From a virus: a DNA stretch of 64,000 nt. The stretch covers positions 64,001 through 128,000 of the IMG/VR virus record IMGVR_UViG_3300042013_000061; one strand, written 5' to 3'. Position 1 is the first letter of the stretch. Each line of letters begins with the position of its first letter. This document shows positions 45,651 through 53,347 of the stretch, piece after piece. The position numbers and the translations under genes were made by a program. Under the pieces are notes generated by a model. The model was given only the letters and a program-made list of their open reading frames with translations. It was not told the origin of the DNA and made no database searches.

Positions 45651-45756
45651 AAATGCGGCGGTAGGCCGGTGGGCGGGGCTTTGGCTGGCGAGGGTTTGCG
45701 GTGGGGAAGGGGGCGAGCGGAATGGGGGATGGGGTGCGCTTGCGCGCTTTTAACAT
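45643..45756 (-). CDS. Candidate 37-aa Pro/Arg-rich micro-ORF / leader peptide
   Basis: MLKARKRTPSPIPLAPFPTANPRQPKPRPPAYRRIYE*; stop overlaps the next start; no clear SD. Confidence 0.3.
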   Translation of the reverse strand: MLKARKRTPSPIPLAPFPTANPRQPKPRPPAYRRIYE

Positions 45757-46120
45757 TGCCGATGGTCTATTATTTGTGCGAACAAATAACGCGGACAGAA
45801 CTATCCTTAAAAGATCGAACATTCATCACAGCAGTCATTCCATGCAAAACGCAAACAATCTCTTTTGTTTGGCTGGCTGGTAAATTGCTCGGTCACTTTC
45901 GTACCGGTTCCTAACGGAACCAGTCTCAGCCGCTCCGCGTCCGAGCCTGTTTCGCTTCGCTTCTCTCGCTGCGCTCGCCAGAGCAACACGAGAATCAATC
46001 TGTTCCTAAACTCAATCACCGCAAACAATCATGGCTCGACGAAGCAGTCTCGATCCGTTCCAAACCAAATGAATCATTTTGTTCTGTCACTCAATATTCC
46101 GCAACGAGTACACAGACCCC
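45757..46120 (-). other. Long, apparently non-coding structured region (ncRNA/leader or origin candidate)
   Basis: No convincing ORF; hairpins GGTTCC-GTTA-GGAACC, GGTAC-GAAA-GTGACC and TCTGT..ACTC/GAGT..ACAGA; GCGAAGCGA-type repeats; CTGTAAA motif at 46123-46129. Confidence 0.45.
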
Positions 46121-46219
46121 ACTTTACAGTTTTTAAAAGTAGGCCATTTTGCTCGAAAAACATTCCATACAAAACCCATTTGTTTCAATCATTCAAACAA
46201 AAGTCGAATAAAAGGCAAT

Positions 46220-46248
46220 AAAAAAAGGGGAACCGATTGGCTCCCCTT
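46220..46248 (-). terminator. Rho-independent terminator
   Basis: AAGGGGAGCC-aatc-GGTTCCCC followed by a U-tract. Confidence 0.8.
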
Positions 46249-46257
46249 GGGTGAAAC

Positions 46258-47046
46258 TTACAGCGAACGACACGTAACAAGGCGGTCGTAGAGTTCCAGA
46301 ACGTTGGCGTTAAAGTCGAAACCCGGAATAGGGTTTGCACAATCACGACAATCAATCCAATCGTGTTTTTCACAACGGGATTCGGGAACCATTACAGGCG
46401 CGCATTCAACCGGTACAGGATCGCACGGCGGAATAGGGCACGGGTCTGCATCCATTAGCAAACGTTCGCAAACGAGTTTAATCAGCAGGCAAATATTTAC
46501 GTCATTGATAACGTATTTTTCACCAGTGTTTTCCGTCTCGAAAGCGATTGTCGTTTTGACATTACCGGTATTGGTGCAGTCTGCCGGAGTGCAACCATTG
46601 TCGATTGAAATCGGTGGCAAGATTGCTTGTTCCGGTTGGGCCATTTGAATTGGATTCGCCGGGACAAAGGTTCCGTTTTCCGGTATGCCATCCAGAACAG
46701 TTGTGCCGTTCATGGAAATGCGAACTTTTTTCGGGCCGAAGGTTTGAATGCAAACGGCAGTTTCACCATCACGCTCAAACGTGGTCACGTCTGCATAAGT
46801 GTCGTCCGATGCCGTAGCTTTGTAGTGCCCGCTAGCAGAAAGCTTGGCTTGAATTTCATGCTTCACTTTATCCCACATGAGCGCGAATTTCTTGCTGCTG
46901 TGTTCGGCAATTGCTTGTGCGAGTTTGTCGCCGGTTTCACGACTGAGAAAAGGCATAATCATTCGCAGCATAGCCGAACGTTTACTGTCGCCTTTTCGAT
47001 TGCGTGCCAGTGCGATCATGTTGGACGCAATGACAAGTTCTTTCAT
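46258..47046 (-). CDS. Hypothetical (possibly virion) protein with Cys/Pro-rich C-terminus
   Basis: GGAGG SD before ATG 47046; C-terminal PCPIPPCDPVPVEC...CRDC. Confidence 0.6.
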   Translation of the reverse strand: MKELVIASNMIALARNRKGDSKRSAMLRMIMPFLSRETGDKLAQAIAEHSSKKFALMWDKVKHEIQAKLSASGHYKATASDDTYADVTTFERDGETAVCIQTFGPKKVRISMNGTTVLDGIPENGTFVPANPIQMAQPEQAILPPISIDNGCTPADCTNTGNVKTTIAFETENTGEKYVINDVNICLLIKLVCERLLMDADPCPIPPCDPVPVECAPVMVPESRCEKHDWIDCRDCANPIPGFDFNANVLELYDRLVTCRSL

Positions 47047-47615
47047 GGCAAAACCTCCCAATCAATTTCGAAGCCTTTGTGGTGGCAGAATGTGCGTGTG
47101 GCATTGTGAATTGCGTCGTGCAATTCTGGAATCAAATCGGCAGGTTGCAAACCACCCTTCAGAATTACACGATTCACGCTGTGACCACGGCACACGCGCA
47201 TATAGCATTTCTGTTCATCGTTGACCGTGTGGATTTCGTAATCAGGATAAATTTCTGGAATGCTTGTGCTATCCGGCCACACGGTAATCGTTTTCCATTT
47301 AAAACCGGACGCGACTTTCGTGTAACCGTCTTCGAATACGTCAGCCGGACTGAAAGACTGATAACCGTTATCGTAGCGCACGAAATAACCGCCAATATGC
47401 GGTTCATGTTTCGTGTAGTAATCATCACCGACGACCACGGTATATTCACCAGCAACCGAAGTAATTACATATTCGGTTTTCTGTGCAACCAAAACGCCGC
47501 CGATGTAGCGCAGTGGCTCGCGTGTGTCATTGTGCGTGCCTTTTTCCTGAGCGTAGATGCTGCCGATTTGAAAACCCTGCACCCGCTTGTGGCTTTGGTA
47601 AACTGCGAAGTCCAT
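47043..47615 (-). CDS. Conserved phage protein (GY.V.Y..GY.S.SP..VFE..Y family)
   Basis: YQSHKRVQG..I...GGYFVRYDNGYQSFSPADVFEDGYT. Confidence 0.6.
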   Translation of the reverse strand: MDFAVYQSHKRVQGFQIGSIYAQEKGTHNDTREPLRYIGGVLVAQKTEYVITSVAGEYTVVVGDDYYTKHEPHIGGYFVRYDNGYQSFSPADVFEDGYTKVASGFKWKTITVWPDSTSIPEIYPDYEIHTVNDEQKCYMRVCRGHSVNRVILKGGLQPADLIPELHDAIHNATRTFCHHKGFEIDWEVLP

Positions 47616-47617
47616 AT

Positions 47618-48097
47618 TTAATCCCTCAGAGAATAAGCGAACTGAATTGTGCCACCGTGAGGAGAACCGCTGATGATTCGGCCTTCACCGATTGCAAACA
47701 AATCCTGCGATGCGTTAATGATCGGCGTCCACGATTCGATTTCAACCGGCGTCAAAGTAATCTTGGAATTCGGCGGACGATCAAACGACAGATAAATACA
47801 TTGTGAAGCCATCACCACGCGCACCAGTTCTTCATGGCCTTCCCACGCCTGCATTTCTTTTACACGCAAGAATTCTTGCAGGATGATATTGCGAATGGTG
47901 GCAGTGCCAATGCTCAAGGCGCGATCCAAATCGAAATTCAACCAGCCTTTCGACTTGTTAACGATTTCCCCGATTGTGTGCCCACGGAAAACCGCTAGCG
48001 ACTCAGGTTCGTTGCGCACGGAAATAGAATTGGCGGTAATCACGGGCGGTACGTTGTCGTCATGCAAATACAAACGCATTACTTGTAGGTCTTTCAT
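47618..48097 (-). CDS. Hypothetical protein
   Basis: 159 aa, ATGA overlap. Confidence 0.6.
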   Translation of the reverse strand: MKDLQVMRLYLHDDNVPPVITANSISVRNEPESLAVFRGHTIGEIVNKSKGWLNFDLDRALSIGTATIRNIILQEFLRVKEMQAWEGHEELVRVVMASQCIYLSFDRPPNSKITLTPVEIESWTPIINASQDLFAIGEGRIISGSPHGGTIQFAYSLRD

Positions 48098-49200
48098 CGC
48101 AGCTTATATCCTTTGGCAATATTTCTCAGTGGTTCCGTTGGCTGTAGCACCCGCGTAGAACAGACCCATTCCAACCGGGCCTGATCCTGCATAATCTTGC
48201 GTTCTTTGTCGCGAATTTTCAGATAGAGATTTCGTTCTGGAATACAAACGATATCACCCTCGTTTACTTCTGATACTTCAGGGCCAAAAACGATTGGAAT
48301 ATCGCTCATGGTTTGCAGGCGGTCGTAATCCAGTGTGGTCGTTTCGCCGCCGATGTTTGCGTTAATTCGCTGGATACCCAAATCGAATTCAAACAGCACG
48401 TGCGTGAAGCGTTGCGCATGCACATAAAAATCCAGCGTGGTTCCGGCGTGCTGGCGAAGGTCTTCAATCGTTAGTGCTTTACCATCCTTGCGGCATGGCT
48501 TGTCACGCAGAATAAAAAGGTCTTCGCGAATGCTGTAGGTTGCCGAATTGAAATACTTCGGAACCAGCAGCTTAAAACAAACGTAAGCGTCTGCGATTTC
48601 TTTTACAAACGCGTGCGGTGCGCTTGTGGAATCGACGTGGAAACCGTCAATGTTTTCGATATCGTAATTGGTGAACAGACGGCGCTGCAAACCGTAAGCT
48701 TGATAACCCGGCTGACGCAGCGAGCGATAACAAATCCCGCAATTGATACTGCCTTGCGAAACACCATCGTGATAATGTTCGTCGTCGTCTTCGTCAATCA
48801 AAGTTGTGATTGCGTCCAGACCTTCATTGGATTCACCGCGACCACCGCTGACTTTTACAACCACATCATCGTTCATGATTTTCTGACTGAAATCAGAACC
48901 GAACAAATCGTCGTCCTGCATTTCAATATCAATCGTATCGGTCACACGATCTTTATGCGGAATCACAGGGGCTTCAGTCGAACCGGGTTGAATCGGCACG
49001 TTTGTTTTTGAACAGGTGCAAGGCCGACCGACTAGGCGTTCAACCTGATAAAGAATTACGCCAACCGCGTTAACGGCAAGGCTGTTAGAAACCTGATGGT
49101 TGTATGCCGCGACAGTTTCATCCATACGGGCTTGCGCTTGCGTTTGAATAAAGTTTCGGGCGTGAATGCGTTTGTTGTTGGACGGGCCGCGCTTAATCAT
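48094..49200 (-). CDS. Putative head-completion/neck protein
   Basis: GRPCTC ... CGICY Zn-like motifs and C-terminal 'GDIV......YLKI' beta-barrel typical of head-closure proteins; GGAGG SD; TAATTTA motif at 49221. Confidence 0.5.
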   Translation of the reverse strand: MIKRGPSNNKRIHARNFIQTQAQARMDETVAAYNHQVSNSLAVNAVGVILYQVERLVGRPCTCSKTNVPIQPGSTEAPVIPHKDRVTDTIDIEMQDDDLFGSDFSQKIMNDDVVVKVSGGRGESNEGLDAITTLIDEDDDEHYHDGVSQGSINCGICYRSLRQPGYQAYGLQRRLFTNYDIENIDGFHVDSTSAPHAFVKEIADAYVCFKLLVPKYFNSATYSIREDLFILRDKPCRKDGKALTIEDLRQHAGTTLDFYVHAQRFTHVLFEFDLGIQRINANIGGETTTLDYDRLQTMSDIPIVFGPEVSEVNEGDIVCIPERNLYLKIRDKERKIMQDQARLEWVCSTRVLQPTEPLRNIAKGYKLR

Positions 49201-49220
49201 TTTGATACCTCCGTTCCCTA

Positions 49221-49227
49221 TAAATTA
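49221..49227 (-). promoter_or_regulatory. Putative late promoter motif TAATTTA
   Basis: Identical 10-mer to the site upstream of the sheath gene. Confidence 0.6.
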
Positions 49228-49285
49228 CGCCTGAAAAAGTGAGATTGCGGATAGTAATTCAGTAGTATGCAAAGGAGATACAACG

Positions 49286-49933
49286 ATGGCCCGGCGTAAA
49301 AGCAAAAAGAAAGTGCAGGTAAGCAGCGCACCGGCATTGGTATTCAAACGCAAGAAGCTTAAACGCAAGTTTCCTGATTCGGTAATCGTTACCGGGCAAG
49401 ACATGGGAACAAAGAACTATGCGGTAACGCAGGTTGAAGCGTGGATTAAAGACGGACGTTTCCGTTTCCGCGTGATCGGTTCCAAAATGATGACGCACCT
49501 AATCCATGACGTGAAAGTTGCGCAGAATGAATGCGCTTTGTTCGTGGAAGAATACCGCGCATTGCCGGAAGCTGATTACATTGCAGCAGAGCGGTATCAA
49601 TCCCGCCCCGGTGGCAGTACAGGTTCAACCGTTGAAGCTATTTCGATGATGTTGGGCGCGATGATGCTAATTCATCCAGATACACCAATCGAATACTACA
49701 CAGCGGCGACGTGGAAGAACGCATTCAACGGCACGCAAGCTGATTTGAAATCAATGTACGAAGATTTGAAAGAATACAAAGCCTTCGGAATCGTGATTCA
49801 CCAACTCGATTCGTTCTTTATTGCGCTCTATCATGCAGCTAAAATGCTGGGCGTAAAACCATTCGATTTCATTCAAAGTTTTAAGGACGAAGAACGGCTT
49901 TTCAAAGTCCTTTGCGATGCGCCGACCTTATAA
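49286..49933 (+). CDS. RuvC-like (poxvirus A22-type) Holliday junction resolvase
   Basis: VTGQDMGTKNYAV, IAAERYQ.R, A..WK, HQLDSFFIA; AAGGAG SD; basic N-terminus. Confidence 0.8.
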   Translation: MARRKSKKKVQVSSAPALVFKRKKLKRKFPDSVIVTGQDMGTKNYAVTQVEAWIKDGRFRFRVIGSKMMTHLIHDVKVAQNECALFVEEYRALPEADYIAAERYQSRPGGSTGSTVEAISMMLGAMMLIHPDTPIEYYTAATWKNAFNGTQADLKSMYEDLKEYKAFGIVIHQLDSFFIALYHAAKMLGVKPFDFIQSFKDEERLFKVLCDAPTL

Positions 49934-49980
49934 ATAATGTAAATAAAGGGGGTATTTTACAGAAACCTCCGAGGTCATTT

Positions 49981-50397
49981 ATGCAAACCGACAAAGGCTT
50001 TTCCGTTACAACCGATACGCCCCTCCGACGTAGTGATTTCGAGGTGCAAGGGGACTTTCCGAAAACGATTTTGAGCCGCGCCTTCTACGTTTCGTATGAA
50101 GTTGAACGCCGCTATGAAGCTGATCGTCAACGTCCGCACACCGTAATCGTTTCGTTCATGGAAACCGGAAATAACATTTCGGATTTGAACGCCATTACGT
50201 TCGGCCAAGTGGCGCCGGAAAACCTGATCCTGATTACCAAAACCAGAACAGGCCGCGTTGTTTCGAAACGGACTTTTACCAGTCTGCGTTTGAAAACAGC
50301 CGGGGCCAGTTACGCTATGCACGGCGACCACGAGGTTCCTTTGCAGCGTTTTGTTTTTGACTGCTACATGTCTGACGCGGAATTTCCAAAGTCTTGA
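49981..50397 (+). CDS. Hypothetical protein
   Basis: ATG 49981 with GAGG SD; ATGTAAAT motif at 49937. Confidence 0.6.
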   Translation: MQTDKGFSVTTDTPLRRSDFEVQGDFPKTILSRAFYVSYEVERRYEADRQRPHTVIVSFMETGNNISDLNAITFGQVAPENLILITKTRTGRVVSKRTFTSLRLKTAGASYAMHGDHEVPLQRFVFDCYMSDAEFPKS

Positions 50398-50894
50398 AAA
50401 GCAAGCAATGCCCGTTGTTGGATTCCTATCGTTTCAAATCGCAGTGCCGTATAGAAACCTGCAAATACTATACGGAAAAAACTGCGAATAAGTGCATGGC
50501 ACTCGATACGGTATTTTCGTCCACCGACAAAGGCACGACTGACGCGGAGTTACGGCTGTTGAAATTGCCGGAGCATTCGAAGCGAGAAGTTTTTGTAGTG
50601 CGAAAAGAAGCACTGGATAACGTACAGGCCGTGATGGCTTTGTATCGTGCGGTGAGAGTTTGCCGCGAAGAAAAAGACAGTGACGTTTTCCCTGAAGAAA
50701 ACACAGTCACGCAAAAAATCGTGGCACACCCGTTGTTCAAAGACCCGGATATCGGGTTAGAGGAATGGATGCTGCCATATCTGTTTGATCCGAAGTTCAT
50801 GTCGAAATTCGGCAACCCGAAAATTCATACCCTGTTCGATATTTCCGAAAAGGAATTAGAACAAGTCTACCCTAGCCCCGGAGAAAAGAAATGA
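50394..50894 (+). CDS. Cys-cluster protein with possible sigma-region-4-like HTH
   Basis: CP......C....C........C then TDAEL.....SKREV...RKEALDNV. Confidence 0.45.
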   Translation: MKSKQCPLLDSYRFKSQCRIETCKYYTEKTANKCMALDTVFSSTDKGTTDAELRLLKLPEHSKREVFVVRKEALDNVQAVMALYRAVRVCREEKDSDVFPEENTVTQKIVAHPLFKDPDIGLEEWMLPYLFDPKFMSKFGNPKIHTLFDISEKELEQVYPSPGEKK

Positions 50895-51517
50895 CTGCTC
50901 AAAGCAAAAACACCGCCCTGATGCGCAAACTGACCGTGCCTGAAGCCCTCAAGCGCGACGACCTGTGCCTGTACGTGATGAACATCGTAAAACCGGGCGG
51001 CAATATCAACCTGACTGCAAAAGGCGAAGACGGCCAGATGCAATCGGTTGTAATTCCGAAAACTTTCATCCCGGTTGACATGACCCTGTTTATCAACCGT
51101 AGCAATCTGCTGAATAACCAGATTTTCCGTCAACTGGTTGTCCGTGGCGACGTGGTAATTGTTCACCCGGACGATGCAGAAAAAGCAATCGAAGCGCACC
51201 CTAACGCGAAGAAAGAACAGAAGCGAATTCTGTCTTCGAATACCGACTACGATATCAACGCTGGCGGTTCGTCGGGCGGTTATATCGAAATGAAAGACAC
51301 GGGCGGTTCGCTGCAACAGCGCGTTGAATCCGATGCTTCCAACATTTCGCCATTCGCAGCCGGTATCGTGAGCCGTGCCGCTTCCGAAGACGTGGCAGAT
51401 TTGATGATGGATATCGAAGCCAACCGCGACACCCTGACCACCGACGATTTGGAATTCATCGCGACCAACGTTGAAGACTCCACCCTGAAGCAATTCATCG
51501 TGGATCAACTGGCGTAA
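50891..51517 (+). CDS. Hypothetical protein (probably highly expressed)
   Basis: 208 aa; GGAG SD; followed by a terminator. Confidence 0.7.
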   Translation: MTAQSKNTALMRKLTVPEALKRDDLCLYVMNIVKPGGNINLTAKGEDGQMQSVVIPKTFIPVDMTLFINRSNLLNNQIFRQLVVRGDVVIVHPDDAEKAIEAHPNAKKEQKRILSSNTDYDINAGGSSGGYIEMKDTGGSLQQRVESDASNISPFAAGIVSRAASEDVADLMMDIEANRDTLTTDDLEFIATNVEDSTLKQFIVDQLA

Positions 51518-51531
51518 CGTTTTCCCGAAGC

Positions 51532-51573
51532 AAAAAAAAGGCCGCAATCCAATTAAGGAAAGCGGCCTTTTTT
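51532..51573. terminator. Bidirectional terminator with bipartite stem
   Basis: A8-GGCCGC-aa-TCC-aattaa-GGA-aa-GCGGCC-T6 between convergent genes. Confidence 0.88.
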
Positions 51574-51580
51574 ATTTCTG

Positions 51581-51883
51581 TCATTTGTTAATTATCGGTA
51601 CGCCACGTTCGGGAATACCCATTTCGTAAGCGAGCAAAGAAATGGTAAGTTCCACGCCGTGATTTGTTAGCGTATCGTGCAAGCCTGCGCGTTCATCCCA
51701 CGCAGCTTTCAACTCACGCATGATTTGCATCGCTTCAACTTCGCTGGTCGGATACGGCTGCGTGCGTGTCCAGAGTCCGTGCAACTTAATCGGGATATCG
51801 AAATCTTTTTTCAGTAGACGATCCAGTGCCCAAATTTTATCGCACGCCAAACACAGGTAGCGTTTCGAATCTTCACTAATCAT
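51581..51883 (-). CDS. Hypothetical protein
   Basis: 100 aa, coupled to the upstream gene. Confidence 0.6.
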   Translation of the reverse strand: MISEDSKRYLCLACDKIWALDRLLKKDFDIPIKLHGLWTRTQPYPTSEVEAMQIMRELKAAWDERAGLHDTLTNHGVELTISLLAYEMGIPERGVPIINK

Positions 51884-52179
51884 GGTTTAAATTCCATCAT
51901 GGCGTCACAGATTGCATTGGTACGTGCGACTAGCGCGCCGTTGCGTAATGACAGCAATTGCTTCATTTTGTTTTCGATGTTGTCACGTATCGCCATCGCA
52001 TACGACAGGCACTGACCTTTTGTCACACCGCCATGCAGACCTGATGCCCCGCGCCCGTATGGATTATTGCCAATGCCGAATTCCGCATACAGCGCGTAAT
52101 CAAATTCAGTTTCGCGCTCCATCAATTTCTGCACAGCTTGAATAGTTTCCCAGTCCGCCAACTCTCTGCCTTCTTTCAT
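51880..52179 (-). CDS. Hypothetical protein
   Basis: 99 aa, ATGA overlap with primase. Confidence 0.6.
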   Translation of the reverse strand: MKEGRELADWETIQAVQKLMERETEFDYALYAEFGIGNNPYGRGASGLHGGVTKGQCLSYAMAIRDNIENKMKQLLSLRNGALVARTNAICDAMMEFKP

Positions 52180-53285
52180 TTCTTCACCCCGATACGTTTT
52201 GTTTTCTGTTCGATTTTCAATTTCGGCACGAGCTTTTTATCCGCCGTAATCTTTTTCTTTTTCTCTTCGGTCACAGCCTTTTTCTTTTTCTTCTTCGGCG
52301 CTACAGGCACCGCTCCCGCGTAAACGATTTCCTTCACCTTGTCGATGATCTTCTGGCTGGCGTCGTCCGGGTCAAGCTTAATCAAATTGCCTTCTTCGTC
52401 ATACTTGCGTGGCAGTTTCAGTTCCTCGAAATCAATCATGTTTTCGCAGAACGATTCTACCAACCGCGCCATGCCTATACCTGCACTGTCGTTATCCGTC
52501 AGCGTATAGATTTTCTTGATGCCAAGTCCCATCAAAAGCATGAGCTTACGTTCGCCAAACATTTTGGAACCGAGGATACCGATTGCCGGGATTTTATTCA
52601 GCACCAAACGCAGCCAGTCACGCGGGCCTTCACATAGCACCACGGAATCACAACCGAACAATTCATGCTTGCGTATAAAATCGTAACCGAGCAATCCGTA
52701 ATTCTGTACCCAGTCGCCGCCGGTGTTGAGATACGACGGGCCTTTTTCTGGTTTGTCCCACAACGCTTTTACACCGCCACGATAACGACCGTTAATGTAG
52801 ACCGGAAGCACCAACATTAATTCGTCACGTTTCCCTTCGTTGAACATGTAACCGTCAACGCGCTTAATCATACTGCCGGGATAACCGCGCCATTCTTTTT
52901 TCTCAGGCCACGGAAGCACCGCGCCGCCGACCTCTTCGAACAACCGATTCATGCTGCGATTGTTTGTCGATTCTGCATCTTTCTTCGAACGATTAATTCG
53001 ACCCCAATCACCCGCAGTTGTGCCGGTGAAATTCTGCCATTCTTTAATGACACGTAGGCCCATCTTTTCTGCAAGCTTATTCCACGGGCCTGCTGCACCA
53101 CAACCGTAGCAGTTGAAAAAGCCTAACGGTACTTTTGCTTCATACGAAATGTTAATGCCGCAAGATGGTGTCTTTTCATCATGGAACGGACAACAAATAG
53201 AAAAACTGGAATGGGTTTGTTTTGTATAGCCTTGGATTTTGTCCAGTTCTTCATGGAGAATCGTAAACGCATCTTCCATACTCAT
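52176..53285 (-). CDS. dnaG: DNA primase (CHC2 Zn finger plus TOPRIM)
   Basis: CPFHDEKTPSC...FNCYGCGA.G; VLCEGPRD; DNDSAG; DPD; poly-Lys C-terminal tail. Confidence 0.92.
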   Translation of the reverse strand: MSMEDAFTILHEELDKIQGYTKQTHSSFSICCPFHDEKTPSCGINISYEAKVPLGFFNCYGCGAAGPWNKLAEKMGLRVIKEWQNFTGTTAGDWGRINRSKKDAESTNNRSMNRLFEEVGGAVLPWPEKKEWRGYPGSMIKRVDGYMFNEGKRDELMLVLPVYINGRYRGGVKALWDKPEKGPSYLNTGGDWVQNYGLLGYDFIRKHELFGCDSVVLCEGPRDWLRLVLNKIPAIGILGSKMFGERKLMLLMGLGIKKIYTLTDNDSAGIGMARLVESFCENMIDFEELKLPRKYDEEGNLIKLDPDDASQKIIDKVKEIVYAGAVPVAPKKKKKKAVTEEKKKKITADKKLVPKLKIEQKTKRIGVKK

Positions 53286-53288
53286 AAA

Positions 53289-53332
53289 CTGTAAACCTGA
53301 AATATCAATTTAACAATGTACACCCTTTACAG
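53289..53332. promoter_or_regulatory. Pair of opposed CTGTAAA motifs in the divergent primase / Cas4-like intergenic region
   Basis: CTGTAAA on + at 53289-53295 and on - at 53326-53332. Confidence 0.65.
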
Positions 53333-53347
53333 TATCGCTCGCAGTAG

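Noticed and set aside
45651-46120. tmRNA or tRNA (minus strand begins GGGG after the promoter motif)
   Set aside because: No T-arm GTTCRA or acceptor-stem/CCA end and no tag reading frame found; kept only as an unclassified structured region.
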